A DNA stretch of 64,000 bases, from contig OX597815.1 in the NCBI GenBank assembly GCA_951406725.2, positions 6,820,001 through 6,884,000 of the forward strand, given 5' to 3'. A program made the position numbers and the translations under genes. This DNA is from Octopus vulgaris (taxonomy: Eukaryota). Position 1 is the first letter of the stretch. Each line of letters begins with the position of its first letter. Positions 53,001-64,000 of the stretch are shown here, piece after piece. Below the pieces are notes generated by a model. It saw nothing but the letters and a program-made list of their open reading frames with translations. It was not told the DNA's origin and did no database searches.

Positions 53001-56000
53001 AAGATCTCCAGCTTTGGGGGTTGTTCCAAAGTAGAAAGTGGAGCACATTGCAGTCATTGGACTCATTGGATTTTGTCAAACTGTCCATCCTGTGCCACCA
53101 TGGAACATGGACCTTAAATGATAATGAGTCTATTGTATACAATGAATAAGGAACTTATCGTATACAGTGCTCGGGTGCTGCACTACAAGTCATCAGGAAA
53201 TGGTAACCAAAAGTGCATGCAGAGTGCATAGAATAATTCACAGGAAGGGAACGGTAAACGAGTCGTTTAAAAATAAAGGTGGGGCGTCAGGTGTACTGTT
53301 GTTGAATTTCAGGAAGCCTGGAAGTTTTGCAGAATGTAATGTCCCAACAACCGATGCCAGCAGTTTATTCCATGCTTCAGCAATCCTGGGCATGGAAAAA
53401 ATGTTTCCAAAAATCATGGGCACTTCTGTTGCTTTCCAATTTTGTAAGTAATGCTCAGGTGCATTGCAAATTATTGGGAAAAGGTAAGAGAGGACAGAGA
53501 GCAGCTGTAAGTAAAGAAAGACAGCAATGAAAGCAAGAAGTACTCAATACAGAATAAAATCAAAATGAACAGGAAATGGGCCACAAAAAGGGCAAATGTG
53601 CCTAGGTACATCAGGAATAGTGTAAATTTCAGAAAGTGTTGGAATTTTCAAAAGATTCAGTATCCTGGCAGCTAACAACCAACACATATGGTTTATTCCA
53701 TGTTTTCACAATTCTAAGCATAAAATATATATAATATTAATAAATGGAAAAAAATTTTGCTAAATCCTGCCAAATTCTTGATTGTTTTATAAAATTAGCT
53801 AAAAACTGGTGTATTTCATGAGAAAAGGATTAACCCTTTTAGCCACTCGGATTACTCTGTCGAATGTGGTGTTTATTTATTCCAGTTGTTTTGAATTAAT
53901 CATGCATTATCTTGAGGCTTTGAGATTCTGATGATGTGATTGTTTATTTTTAGAACGACATTGTAGGGGTAGTGTAAGAGACCTGATCTGGCTGGTTTGA
54001 ACATAAAACATAAAACAATATTTAGGCCAGAAATGGCCAGTTTAAATGCTAAAGGGTTAAAAAAAAATTAAATGTGACAGAAAGGAATGAAAATACAGAA
54101 CTAGGAACAGAATTAAAAAAAAAAAAAAAAGGGTTCTGACTCTATTTTAGGAATGATGTTTAACCTGTAATCCAGACACTTATTTTATTGTATTTTGAAA
54201 AATATATTTATGAAAAAAAAAAATCATATCACTTTTTCTAAGAAATAAGATTTTAGGACTGTGGTCTTAGTGATGGTGTTTTGTTTTTTTCTTGAGATTC
54301 TCTCCTCAACTCCTGGGGCTACAAATACAGATTCTTTATGAACAAGATCTCAGTTAGAAGCTTATACTCTGAGTAAAGTTAAAGCCAACTCTATTAGCTT
54401 GAAGAAAAAAAAAAATATGGAAAACAAAAAGAAAAAAAGGCAAAGCAAATATTGTAAATATTAAAACTATATTGTTCCTTTTTTTTTTATGATGTAGTAT
54501 TTTTATATGTTATAGAAACAATAAATATATCTTGAAATATTGTATGTGTATGTATGTATACATACACACTCACACATATGTATATATATATATATATATG
54601 AATGTATTTTTTAATGAATAGAATAAAAATTATTTTCCTTGGAATATGAGTTTTTGATTTTGGTGGTATTTCATCTGTCTTTACATTCTGAGTTCAAATT
54701 CTGCCAAGGTCAACTTTGCCTTTCATCCTTTCAGGGGCCGATCTAATAAACTGACCCTTCCTAAAAATTTCGGGCCTTGTGCCTAGAGTAGAAAAGAATG
54801 AGTCTTTGATTTCTGCTGTGTCTGGACACACACACACTCGACAAGCTTCTTTCAGTTTCCATCTACCAAATCTACTCACAAGGCTTTGGTTGGCCTGGGG
54901 CTGTCGTAGAAGACATTTGCATAAGGTACCACATGGTGGGACTGAACCCAGAACCATGTGGTTGAAAAATTTATTTACTGGTTTCTTTTTAAGTCTTTGA
55001 TTTCTATTCTCTTCTCAGTCTTCAGGTATAAGAGAACCAATCAACTTGGGGTTCCTTCCAAGATTCTTGGAAGGGGAACACCACTGACTCCTGAACAATG
55101 TAGAATTGATGGAATGAGCAGGTTTCTTTGTATCTTTTATTTATTTTTTTTTCATTACTTCTTTCAGTCATGAGACCACGGCCATGCTGGGGCATGTCCT
55201 TGAATTCCAGTCAAATGAATTGCTCCCCAGTACTTAGTCATTTCAAGCCTGATACTTTTGCCAAACCGCTATGTTACAGGGATGTAAACACCCCAACACT
55301 GGTTGTCAAACGGTGGTGGGACACATACACACACTCGACAAGCTTCTTTTAGTTTCCATCTACCAAATCCACTAACAAGGCTTTGGTTGGCCTGGGGTTG
55401 TAGTAGAAGACATTTGCATAAGGTACCACACAGTGGGACTGAACCCAGAACCATGTGGCTGAAAAATTCATTTACTGATTTCTTGTTTTCCTTTACTTCT
55501 TACCATTTTTTTTCATTGTTTTCTTCTTTTGTTGTGTTTCCTTTTCACTAAAATCCAGGTACTGGTTCTGAATTTTTCTTGTAATCATCATCATCGTCGT
55601 CGTTTAACATCCGCTTTCCATGCTAGCATGGGTTGGACGATTTTGACAGAGGGCTGGTGAACCAGATGGCTGCACCAGGTTTCAATCTTGATCTGGCAGA
55701 GTTTCTACAGCTGGATGCCTTTCCTAATGCCAACCACTCCGAGAGTGTAGTGGGTGCTTTTGCATGCCACTGGCACGGGGGCAAGTCAGGTGGTACTGGC
55801 AACGACCTTGCTCGAATCTTTTACACATGCCACCGGCACAGGTGCCAGTAAGGCGATGCTGGTAACGGTCACGCTCGGATGGTGTCTTTTACGTGCCACC
55901 GGCACGGAGGCTAGATAGCCACTCTGGCAATGATCACGCTTGTATGGTGGTAGTATTCTCAAATATTAAATCCTAACATCTTTTTTTTTTTTTTTTTGCC

Positions 56001-56857
56001 TGGCTTTGCAACCATGTAGTTTTGAGTTCAGTCTCACTGTACAGCACTTTGACCAGAAGTCTTCCACTGTTTAACCTCAAACCAACCAATGCTTCATGAG
56101 TAAATTTGGCCGACAGAAACATTGTCTATGTCTTTGTGTGTTTGTATCCCACCATTTCTTGATAACCAGTGTTGGTTTGTTTATGTCCCTGTAACTTATT
56201 GGCTAAAGAGACAAATAGAATAAGTACCAGGGGTACTTAGAGAATAAGTACCAGGCAGCGAGCTGGCAGAAACATTAGCACACTGGGTGAAATAGTTAGC
56301 AGCATTTCGTCTGCCGCCAAATTCCGCCGAGGTCTACTTAGCCTTTCATCCTTTCGGGATCGATAAATTAAGTACCAGTTACGCACTGGGGTCGATGTAA
56401 TCGACTTAATCCCTTTATCTGTCCTTGTTTGTCCCCTCTGTGTTTAGCCCCTTGTGGGTAGTAAAGAAATAAGAAACATTGTCTATGTGTTTGTTTGTAC
56501 CCCACCATTGCTTGACAACCAGTGTTGGTTTGTTTATGTCCCGGTAACTTATTGGCAAAAGAGAGACCAATAGAATAAGTACTAGGGATCGGTTTGCTCA
56601 ATTAAACCCTTCAAGTGTGTATGTGTGTGTGTGTGTGTTACATGATCTTTCATTAAGCAGTAGTAGTAGCAGTAGTAATAGTAGTAGTAGTAGTATGAGT
56701 GGTGGGGAGGTAGGTGCACTAAATAGTACATTACTGCATCCACCATTTGTTGGTGATTCTCTATTCTTGGCAGACGAGAGCTCTGCACCGTTCAGGTGAC
56801 GCCCCTTCAACCGAGGTCGGCATGCAAAACCCTTCCTCAACCAGTTTTAGTTACACG

Positions 56858-59800
56858 TTAAGGGCCAGATTTAAACAGTACATGTTCCAACAATAAACTC
56901 GGTGACACAAACTGAGAAAATATGGCCTCTCCACAGACGTAATCAGATGCTGCAGACGCCACAACTAATGGCAGGAAATGTTCGATACGGGGATGAGCTT
57001 TGTGGAAGAATCGAAGAGATTCACACTCGAGCATTTGTGTTTTTCTTTCCGATGCTGATAATTTAGGGTCACAAAATACACTGCGCTCCCACACTTTAAA
57101 TTCGTTTGCCCATTCAAATGCACCATCAACCGTTTTCGCTTTTTCGCTAGAGTGAGTCATGAAACCGGATCCAACAATCAGGATTCCATCTTTGCGTAGT
57201 TCTGATAATGCCTCACCAATTTCTTGGTGTTCTTTGATGTCCAAAGTGTTCTTTAGAGAGACTTGGAATGCTGAAATAAATTACAATAAAATATTAAAAA
57301 TTATGAAAGCTAATTTTAATATTTTAAGTTTCATTTTGTGATGTGTGTCAGTATGTATGTGTGCGAGCCTAGCAATTTTGTTTTCATATTCAATTCTGAC
57401 ATAATTGTAATTTACACCATCTGAAAGGTATTTATAGAAAACTAGCAGTATCGCCCGGCGTTGCTTGGGTTTGTAAGGTAAATAACTATATAAGCATTTT
57501 TAGAGAATTACTTCCCTTATATAAACCGAGCAAAAAAATGCATTAAAAAAACGAAAAAATGATGGTAAATTTTTTTTTAAATCGTAGACTCATCGTAGAT
57601 GCGCGCTAATACCCAGAAGGGCTTGATATGAATCACAACTATAAGATATCCGCTTTTGGTTAAACTGCACCGCAAAATGTGGGAGTAGTTAGGAATCTAA
57701 ATCGGAGGAGTCAGACTCTCACACAACTTCAATTTTATATATAAAGATTTCATTAAATAATACCCTTTTTTCAGAAAGTTATGAGGAAACAAAGTTCATT
57801 CGAGTGAATTTTCCGAAACCCCTTTCCCCACTCTCGGAAAAACATTTTTATGAGAAATTCCGATACAACCGGAATCTACACCAGCTGAAACATATTTCTA
57901 GAAAATTTTGTATTAAAGTTGTCGTATTTCGATAATTTCACCCCCTCCCACAATTTTAAATTTTGAACTCTTTCATCCATTTATTCCTTTAACTCTTTTA
58001 CTTGTTTCAGTCATTTGACTGTGGCCATGCTGGAGCACCGTCGAGCGAATCAACCCCAGGACTTATTCTTTGTAAGCCTAATACTTATTCTGTCGGTCTC
58101 TTTTGCACCAGCATCGGTTGTCAAACGATGTGGGGGGGGGGGACAAACACAGGCACACATACATATATATATATATACGGCGGGCTTCTTTCAGTTTCCG
58201 TCTACCAAATCCACTCACAAGGCTTTGGTCGGCCCGAGGCTATAGTAGAAGATACTTGCCCAAGGTGCCACGCAGTGGGACTGAACCCGGAACCATGTGG
58301 TTGGTAAGCAAGCTACTTACTACACAGCCAATCCTACGCCTATAATAACTCTATTTATCCCTGTCCGTTTATTTATAAAATATATTTGTCAACTAAATGT
58401 GGCGGTCCTGTAGAAGACCGTGTTACTATTGTTTTTAGCCCCAGGAAGACATTCATATCTATTTCTTTATACACCTATCTAAATGCTTATTGAATTCAAA
58501 ATTTTGAAAACCTGGTTCCTTGCATATTCGTAATCTCCGTCATCTAAAACATGACGGGAAAAAAATTTAGAAAAAGTTCAAAATTTTAGGGGAAGGGGTA
58601 AATTTTTATTTATTTTTTTAGCATATTCGTAATCTCTGACATGCTAAACGTAGGAATCTGAAAAAATTTTTTTTTTTAAATGCATTTTTCAAGGAGAGGT
58701 GCGAAACTGCATTAACCCCACCATAAATGTGCTTGTTTCCATCTTATATAAAATATCTGTACAGGCATGAGCCATATTTTTCGAGAAGCGACCCGCTAAG
58801 ATATGGAGTACTACTTGAGAACAGTGGTCCCGGTGCGCGCACTCGCGTAGTCACGCATCCGCGCTAGCTAGTCGTGACTAGTCGATCCTACAACGACTAC
58901 CTAGCAAAGTAAATAAAACACAAAAACACAAAGTAAATAATTTTTTAAACACAGTAAATAACAAAAACACAAAGTAAGGATCGACTAGTCACGACTAGCT
59001 AGCGCGGATGCGCGTGTGCGCGCACCGGGACCACTGTTCTCAAGTAGTACCAAGATATGGCTCGTCATCAGTCGGGCCGCACTACTAAAAATATTCAACG
59101 TAATTCTTTGTGAGATACGTCATTCAGTGCCGTCCCGTGGCCCGCAGTTGGCCCATGACGGTTCTCTACGTTGGTTATGTTTATAAAGAATTGTTTAGGT
59201 GAAGCTCAAGAGATGGTTCTGTCGTCACTTCCGATCAATTTACAGGGAATGTCGACCTCCTCCGACCAGACTTTAAATTGAAGGTTACCAACATCCCCCG
59301 TGAGCCAACCGTCGACCATGTCCCTGCCCACCACGGTACATCGTGTGTTTTGAATAATTTGGAGATACGGACAGCAGCAACTGGAGCTCTTCCTGCAGGT
59401 ATGCCCTTGGGAAATCCATAAAGAAGTTTGGCTGCTATTTCTAACGTCCCGTCTATTTCAACGATAAACCAACAAGGAGCACCTGTAAGCTTCGGGTTGA
59501 TGTATACGATGGCGGTTTGTAGTAACGACGTAAACAAAAATCTCTCTCTATATAAAGCTGAAGTTGTCTGTGTATGGGCAGGTTTGGTAGCCTTCAACTA
59601 ACACTAACTCCTCCGAGACCCTACGGCACAAGTTGACCAAAATTGAGAGTATGATAGAAGAAGGCTTGCTCTTCCTTCCGTAGAAGAAAAGAATTCAAAT
59701 CCGACCATGTTAACACCAAAAATTATTTACATCAAAAAGGTGCTTTTTTTTTCTATGAAAAGCCCCATTTTTTACGATTCTTTGACTGCTGTGTCGTCAT

Positions 59801-60412
59801 TTTTCGGTGTATTTCAACCAGAAAAATGTTCACTTAAAGAGAATAACAAGCTACATAATGCAAAATTTTTACTTTTCAAAAATTTCCAATTCTAAAGAGT
59901 CGAAACAAACCCGAGCAATGCCGGGCGATACTGCTAGTGAATAAATAAAATTTGAGGGTTAACTTACTTGGAATGTCGGCTTCTGGCCAGACCAAGATAA
60001 GGGGCACAAAAACGCCATGGTCTAAACCACGACCACGCACCTGTCTGCATGATATACCGTGTGTCTTGAATAATTCGGTGACACGGGCAGCCACAGCCGG
60101 AGCTCCTTTTGCAGGCCATTTCAGGTCATACATGCTCTTAGGGAATCCGTAATAATCAAAGAACAAGGAATGGTTTGGGTCGTCCATGACGCATGGGACA
60201 TTCTCTTCCCAGTGGGCGCTGACAACTAGGATCGCCTCTGGCCGTTTGTTCAGGTGAGTTCGTGTTAGATTTTGCAGGAATTTCGCTGCCTCTGAGTCCC
60301 GATCCATTCCACGCATATCTGGATATTCCTTGACATCCATGAAGAACGAAGGCCCACCTCCATGCGATAAGAAAATAACAGGCTGTACACGATCGTTCGA
60401 GTGACCCGACAT
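56858..60412 (-). CDS. 4,5-DOPA dioxygenase-like extradiol ring-cleavage dioxygenase (LigB/DODA/YgiD family), 285 aa; join(complement(59968..60412),complement(56858..57270))
   Basis: Family motifs SHGGGP, SAHW, FDYYGFP, RGLDHG, PEADIP-TFQVSL, GSGFMTH and HPRIEHFLPL. Phase-1 intron A|GTAAGT ... ttcAG|CA joins to 858 nt. Confidence 0.92.
57442..57747 (-). mobile_element. Non-autonomous Helitron
   Basis: Same 3' hairpin + CTAG; 5' TCTTTATATAT. Confidence 0.8.
58807..59051. mobile_element. GC-rich MITE with a 9-bp TSD (Merlin- or Mutator-like)
   Basis: TIR gtactacttgagaacagtggtcccggtgcgcgcac; TSD AAGATATGG on both sides. Confidence 0.85.
59244..59420 (-). pseudogene. Degenerate duplicate of the 3' half of dioxygenase exon 1, inside the intron
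   Basis: YGFPKG..PAGRAPVAAVRISKLFKTHD vs YGFPKS..PAKGAPAVAARVTELFKTHG. Ends GACATTCCCT|GTAAAT, compared with GACATTCCAA|GTAAGT in the real exon. Contains frameshifts. Confidence 0.8.
59541..59937 (+). mobile_element. Non-autonomous Helitron (near-identical to 12192-12588), in the dioxygenase intron
   Basis: Same termini and body as 12192-12588. Confidence 0.85.
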
Positions 60413-60864
60413 AATTCTATTTCAATATTTGCTGCGAGAATCGAGCTGACAACTTCCAACTCACTTCCACTCTTCCTCTCTTTCACCCACTCTATCTATT
60501 GATCGCTTTCTTTTCTCCATGTCTCACCTGTATTATTATTCCTTCTCTCTCTCACTCTCTTTCTTTAACCTTCACTCATTAATGGATCTTGTTAAATTTC
60601 TTCTCAAATTTTTACCAATTTTTTTTTTTTAATTTCGACATTACTCTTTTACTCGTTTCAGTCGTTTGACTGCGGCCATGCTGGAGCACCGCCTTTAATC
60701 GAGCAACTCGACCCCGGGACTTATTCTTTGTAAGCCCAGTACTTATCCTATCGGTCTCTTTTGCCGAACCGCTAAGTGACGGGGACATAAACACACCAGC
60801 ATCGGTTGTCAAGCAATGCTAGGGGGACAAACAGACACACAAACACACACACACATACATATAC

Positions 60865-60899
<35 letters not shown>

Positions 60900-62633
60900 C
60901 ATATATACGACGGGCTTCTTTCAGTTTCAGTTTGGTCAGCCCGGGGCTATAGTAGAAGACACTTGCCCAAGGTGCCACGCAGTGGGACTGAACCCAGAAC
61001 CACTCCTGCACCTACATTGTGTAACTTTTTTTTATTGTACTTTATACGCACCTTTGACAAGTTGTGATGTACCTGAGGACTGCATACAACAAATTCATTA
61101 TTATTATTATTATTATTTAATTTCTAGTGGAAGTGGGGCGGGATGAATGCAAGTTTCGTCTCCAGCTTTCAAAACTACATTTAAAAAATTATTCTAGAGA
61201 AAATACTTGAAATTTAACAATATCCATTGTTGTATCTGTTTCGTATATAATTGGTGCCAATTAAAATTAACCCATAAGAACAGTAATGCACACTTGATAA
61301 ATTAATTAAACTATGATGCCGAGAAATGACAACATTAATATACAATAATAACCTTATCTTCACTACAGAATGCAGCAAAAACAACCCATCAGTTTCACCG
61401 ATCTTGATAAACGTTTCAAGAAGAAACGTACAGAATACATCAGTGCAAATAACGATAGTAACAAAAGGGGAAAAACACGATAAAACATTAAACTACATAA
61501 AGACACCATCGCTGCCTGTTTGAATTTTGTTAGTGTCACATCAATAGCCACGAGAAATAAGGGTTTTCTGTCTCATCTGCAATAACAATGTTGTTAAACA
61601 TCTGTTTATTCGTTTCCTTCATCCAGGATAGCCAGATTATTTATTTCTGTATATATCTCGTTACTGTTGGTTTCATTCTAATTAACGACGCTATAATCAA
61701 TGATTACCTCTTCTTTTTTTCCCTTCAACTTTCATCTGTCCACTTTGAATTTATCTCATTACACTGGTCAACAAAATACAACTTTCATTTTCTGGCATAA
61801 AATCTTAGAGTTGTACTAGACTTGTGTGTGTTTATGAGCGAAACACCTAAGCTCCATGCGGCTCCGGCAGAAGGTAATGGCGAACTTCTGCTGACTCTTT
61901 CGCCACAACTTTCTCTCACCCTTTCCTCCTGCATCTTGCAGCTCACCTGTGACGGACCGGCGTCCCGTCCAGGTGGGGAACCTATACACCAAGGAAACCG
62001 GGAAACTGGCCCTTATGAGCCAAGCATGGCTCAAGAAGGAACAAGCAACTGTTCCTTCTAAAGGATGAAACAATAAGATGACCAGAATGAATGACCACGT
62101 GCTGGTGGCACGTAAAAAGCACCATCCGAACGTGGCCAATGCCAGCGCCGCCTTGACTGGCGTCCGTGTCGGTGACACGCAAAAAGCACCAACCGATCGT
62201 GGCCGTTGCCAGCCTCCCCCGTGCCGGTGGCACGTAAAAAGCACCCACTACACTCACGGAGTGGTTGGTGTTAGGAAGGGCATCCAGCTGTAGAAACATT
62301 GCCAGATTAGACTGGAGCCTTGTGCAGCCTCCCGGCTTCCCAGACCCCGGTCGAACCGTCCAATCCATGCCAGCATGGAAAACGGACTTTAAACATGATG
62401 ATGATGATTTTGTTATCACCAAGCTTAATTCTTACATGCTAATGTGCATTTTTTACTCCCATAGCTTTGTGTTTTGATTTATTAGATTAAAAAATGACAT
62501 ACTGTCTATTAAAAATTGCATCTACGTATGTTTAATTCTTCCATTATCTCAAAAATCTGATGTGATAGACAAAATCTGATGCCAGATTTAAGATTCAGCA
62601 CCCAAAAATTAGCTAAAAACCATTGATAAATAA

Positions 62634-62882
62634 ATTGCAGTGTGGAAGGTGTTTATAAGCCATTTAAAAACATGCAAAAACCGTTAGATTCACTTCAACA
62701 TTTAAATTTAATTTGTGTCTCAAAACGACGAAAATATTTTGACACAAATTAAATTTAAATGTTGAAGTGAATCTAACGGTTTTTGTGTTTTTAAATGGCT
62801 TACAAACACCTTCCACGCTGCAATTGTTTTCGTTCCAGCACACGATCTCAGATCAGGTCACATGCTATGCAAGTACATCTCC
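62634..62882. repeat. Fold-back repeat, same family as 10757-11056
   Basis: Inverted arms; shares gcacacgatctcagatca...gctatgcaagtacatctcc with the 10.8 kb copy. Confidence 0.78.
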
Positions 62883-63165
62883 ATCGATAAATCTTGTGCC
62901 AGAAAATGTGATGACCAGCATTATCATATCAGCTCCATTTTCACCACAGACACAGAGTTGTATATGCCACAATTTGGCATTCTTTCGATATTGGTACACA
63001 AAACAATTCACCCATACAGGACACAAAAGGGGCTTAGCTGAAAAGGTCGGTGAATGAGGTCTTCCCCTCCTCACACTTTGCAGACCAATGCCAAAGGAAT
63101 GCCCTCTATTATTTAGATTTGGGGAAATTTCGAACCTGAGTTCTCATTCCTAAGGTATTTTTTTA

Positions 63166-63205
<40 letters not shown>

Positions 63206-63440
63206 ACATATGGCGTAGTGGTTAAGAGCACAGGCTACTAACCCCAAGATTCCAAGTTCGATTCCAGGCAGTGAACTGAATAATAATAGTAACATCGAAA
63301 AATACCTTAGGAATGAGAACCCAGGTTCGAAATTTCCCCAAGACACCTGAAGAAGGCTGGAGGGTATATCAGCCGAAACGTTAACAACAAAGATGAGGAC
63401 AAATATCTGTCGAGTGTAAATAATGTACATAATTCCTCAT
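63206..63440 (+). mobile_element. tRNA-headed SINE-like element carrying a hammerhead core
   Basis: A box TGGCGTAGTGG (63211), B box GTTCGATTCC (63256), then acac-CTGAAGA-aggctgg..cagcc-GAAA-cgtt. A partial inverted copy lies at about 63120-63165. Confidence 0.7.
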
Positions 63441-64000
63441 TATTTCATTCTCTCTTCTTTGTCCCCCACTATCTTCTTTTTTCTTCAATGTTCTGATTTG
63501 TCTCAATCATTATTCATTATTCCCATCCACGTGTGTGTGTTTACACAAACACAAGAAACACTATTTCTTTCAAACATTATATTGAAAACACAACAGTTTT
63601 TGAGTTTAAAGTTTTTTTATTAATGATTTTTCACATTGTCTTTTAAAGTTTGGCACAGTAACAGTTTTAAATGCGTTAATATTTTTCACTCTCTCATCTT
63701 CTAAATAATGTACTCATTAGTCATGTTTCTGTAGTATTTATACATACATTCACACACACATATATTTAATCATATCAAAGGGAAATAGAAATTAATAGAA
63801 ATTTTCACTTCCAGTGGCCTAGCGTGTAAAAATTTAGTCTAGAGACTATGTATTAATCATAAAATACAGTGTACATATAAACACATAAGGAATCCACTCG
63901 TGGGATTCAACATGCTAGAAACAACAGCTAGGTTCCATAACCACAAAATTAGGGATGGTAAAATGTTTTTATTTTTTCATTTCATTCCTGTTGAATTTTA

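Noticed and set aside
63206-63275. tRNA gene
   Set aside because: A and B boxes are present, but there is no proper acceptor stem and the sequence continues into a repeated SINE body.

Overview
Eukaryotic, AT-rich, repeat-dense genomic DNA. The SINE families, microsatellites and gene structure suggest an octopus (cephalopod) genome; this assignment is an inference. Two spliced protein-coding genes can be assembled with phase-consistent GT-AG junctions. (1) A + strand 9-exon C2H2 zinc-finger gene (13717-44748, about 735 aa) with a duplicated alternative first coding exon and an HCF-1-binding-like DHCY motif. (2) A - strand 2-exon LigB/DODA-type extradiol ring-cleavage dioxygenase (60412-56858, 285 aa) whose intron holds a decayed copy of exon 1. 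The rest is tRNA-derived SINEs, LINE fragments (CR1-like and RTE-like), Helitrons, MITEs, a solo LTR and microsatellites. The most unusual signal is a dispersed set of minimal type I hammerhead-ribozyme motifs (CUGANGA...GAAA-palindromic stem III-UH). They sit in fold-back (inverted) repeats typical of Penelope-like elements or retrozymes. They include a tRNA-headed SINE-like family carrying a hammerhead, and several repeats that keep the hammerhead architecture with non-canonical cores (UUGAAAA, GUGAACA). Repeat boundaries are approximate unless a TSD is given.
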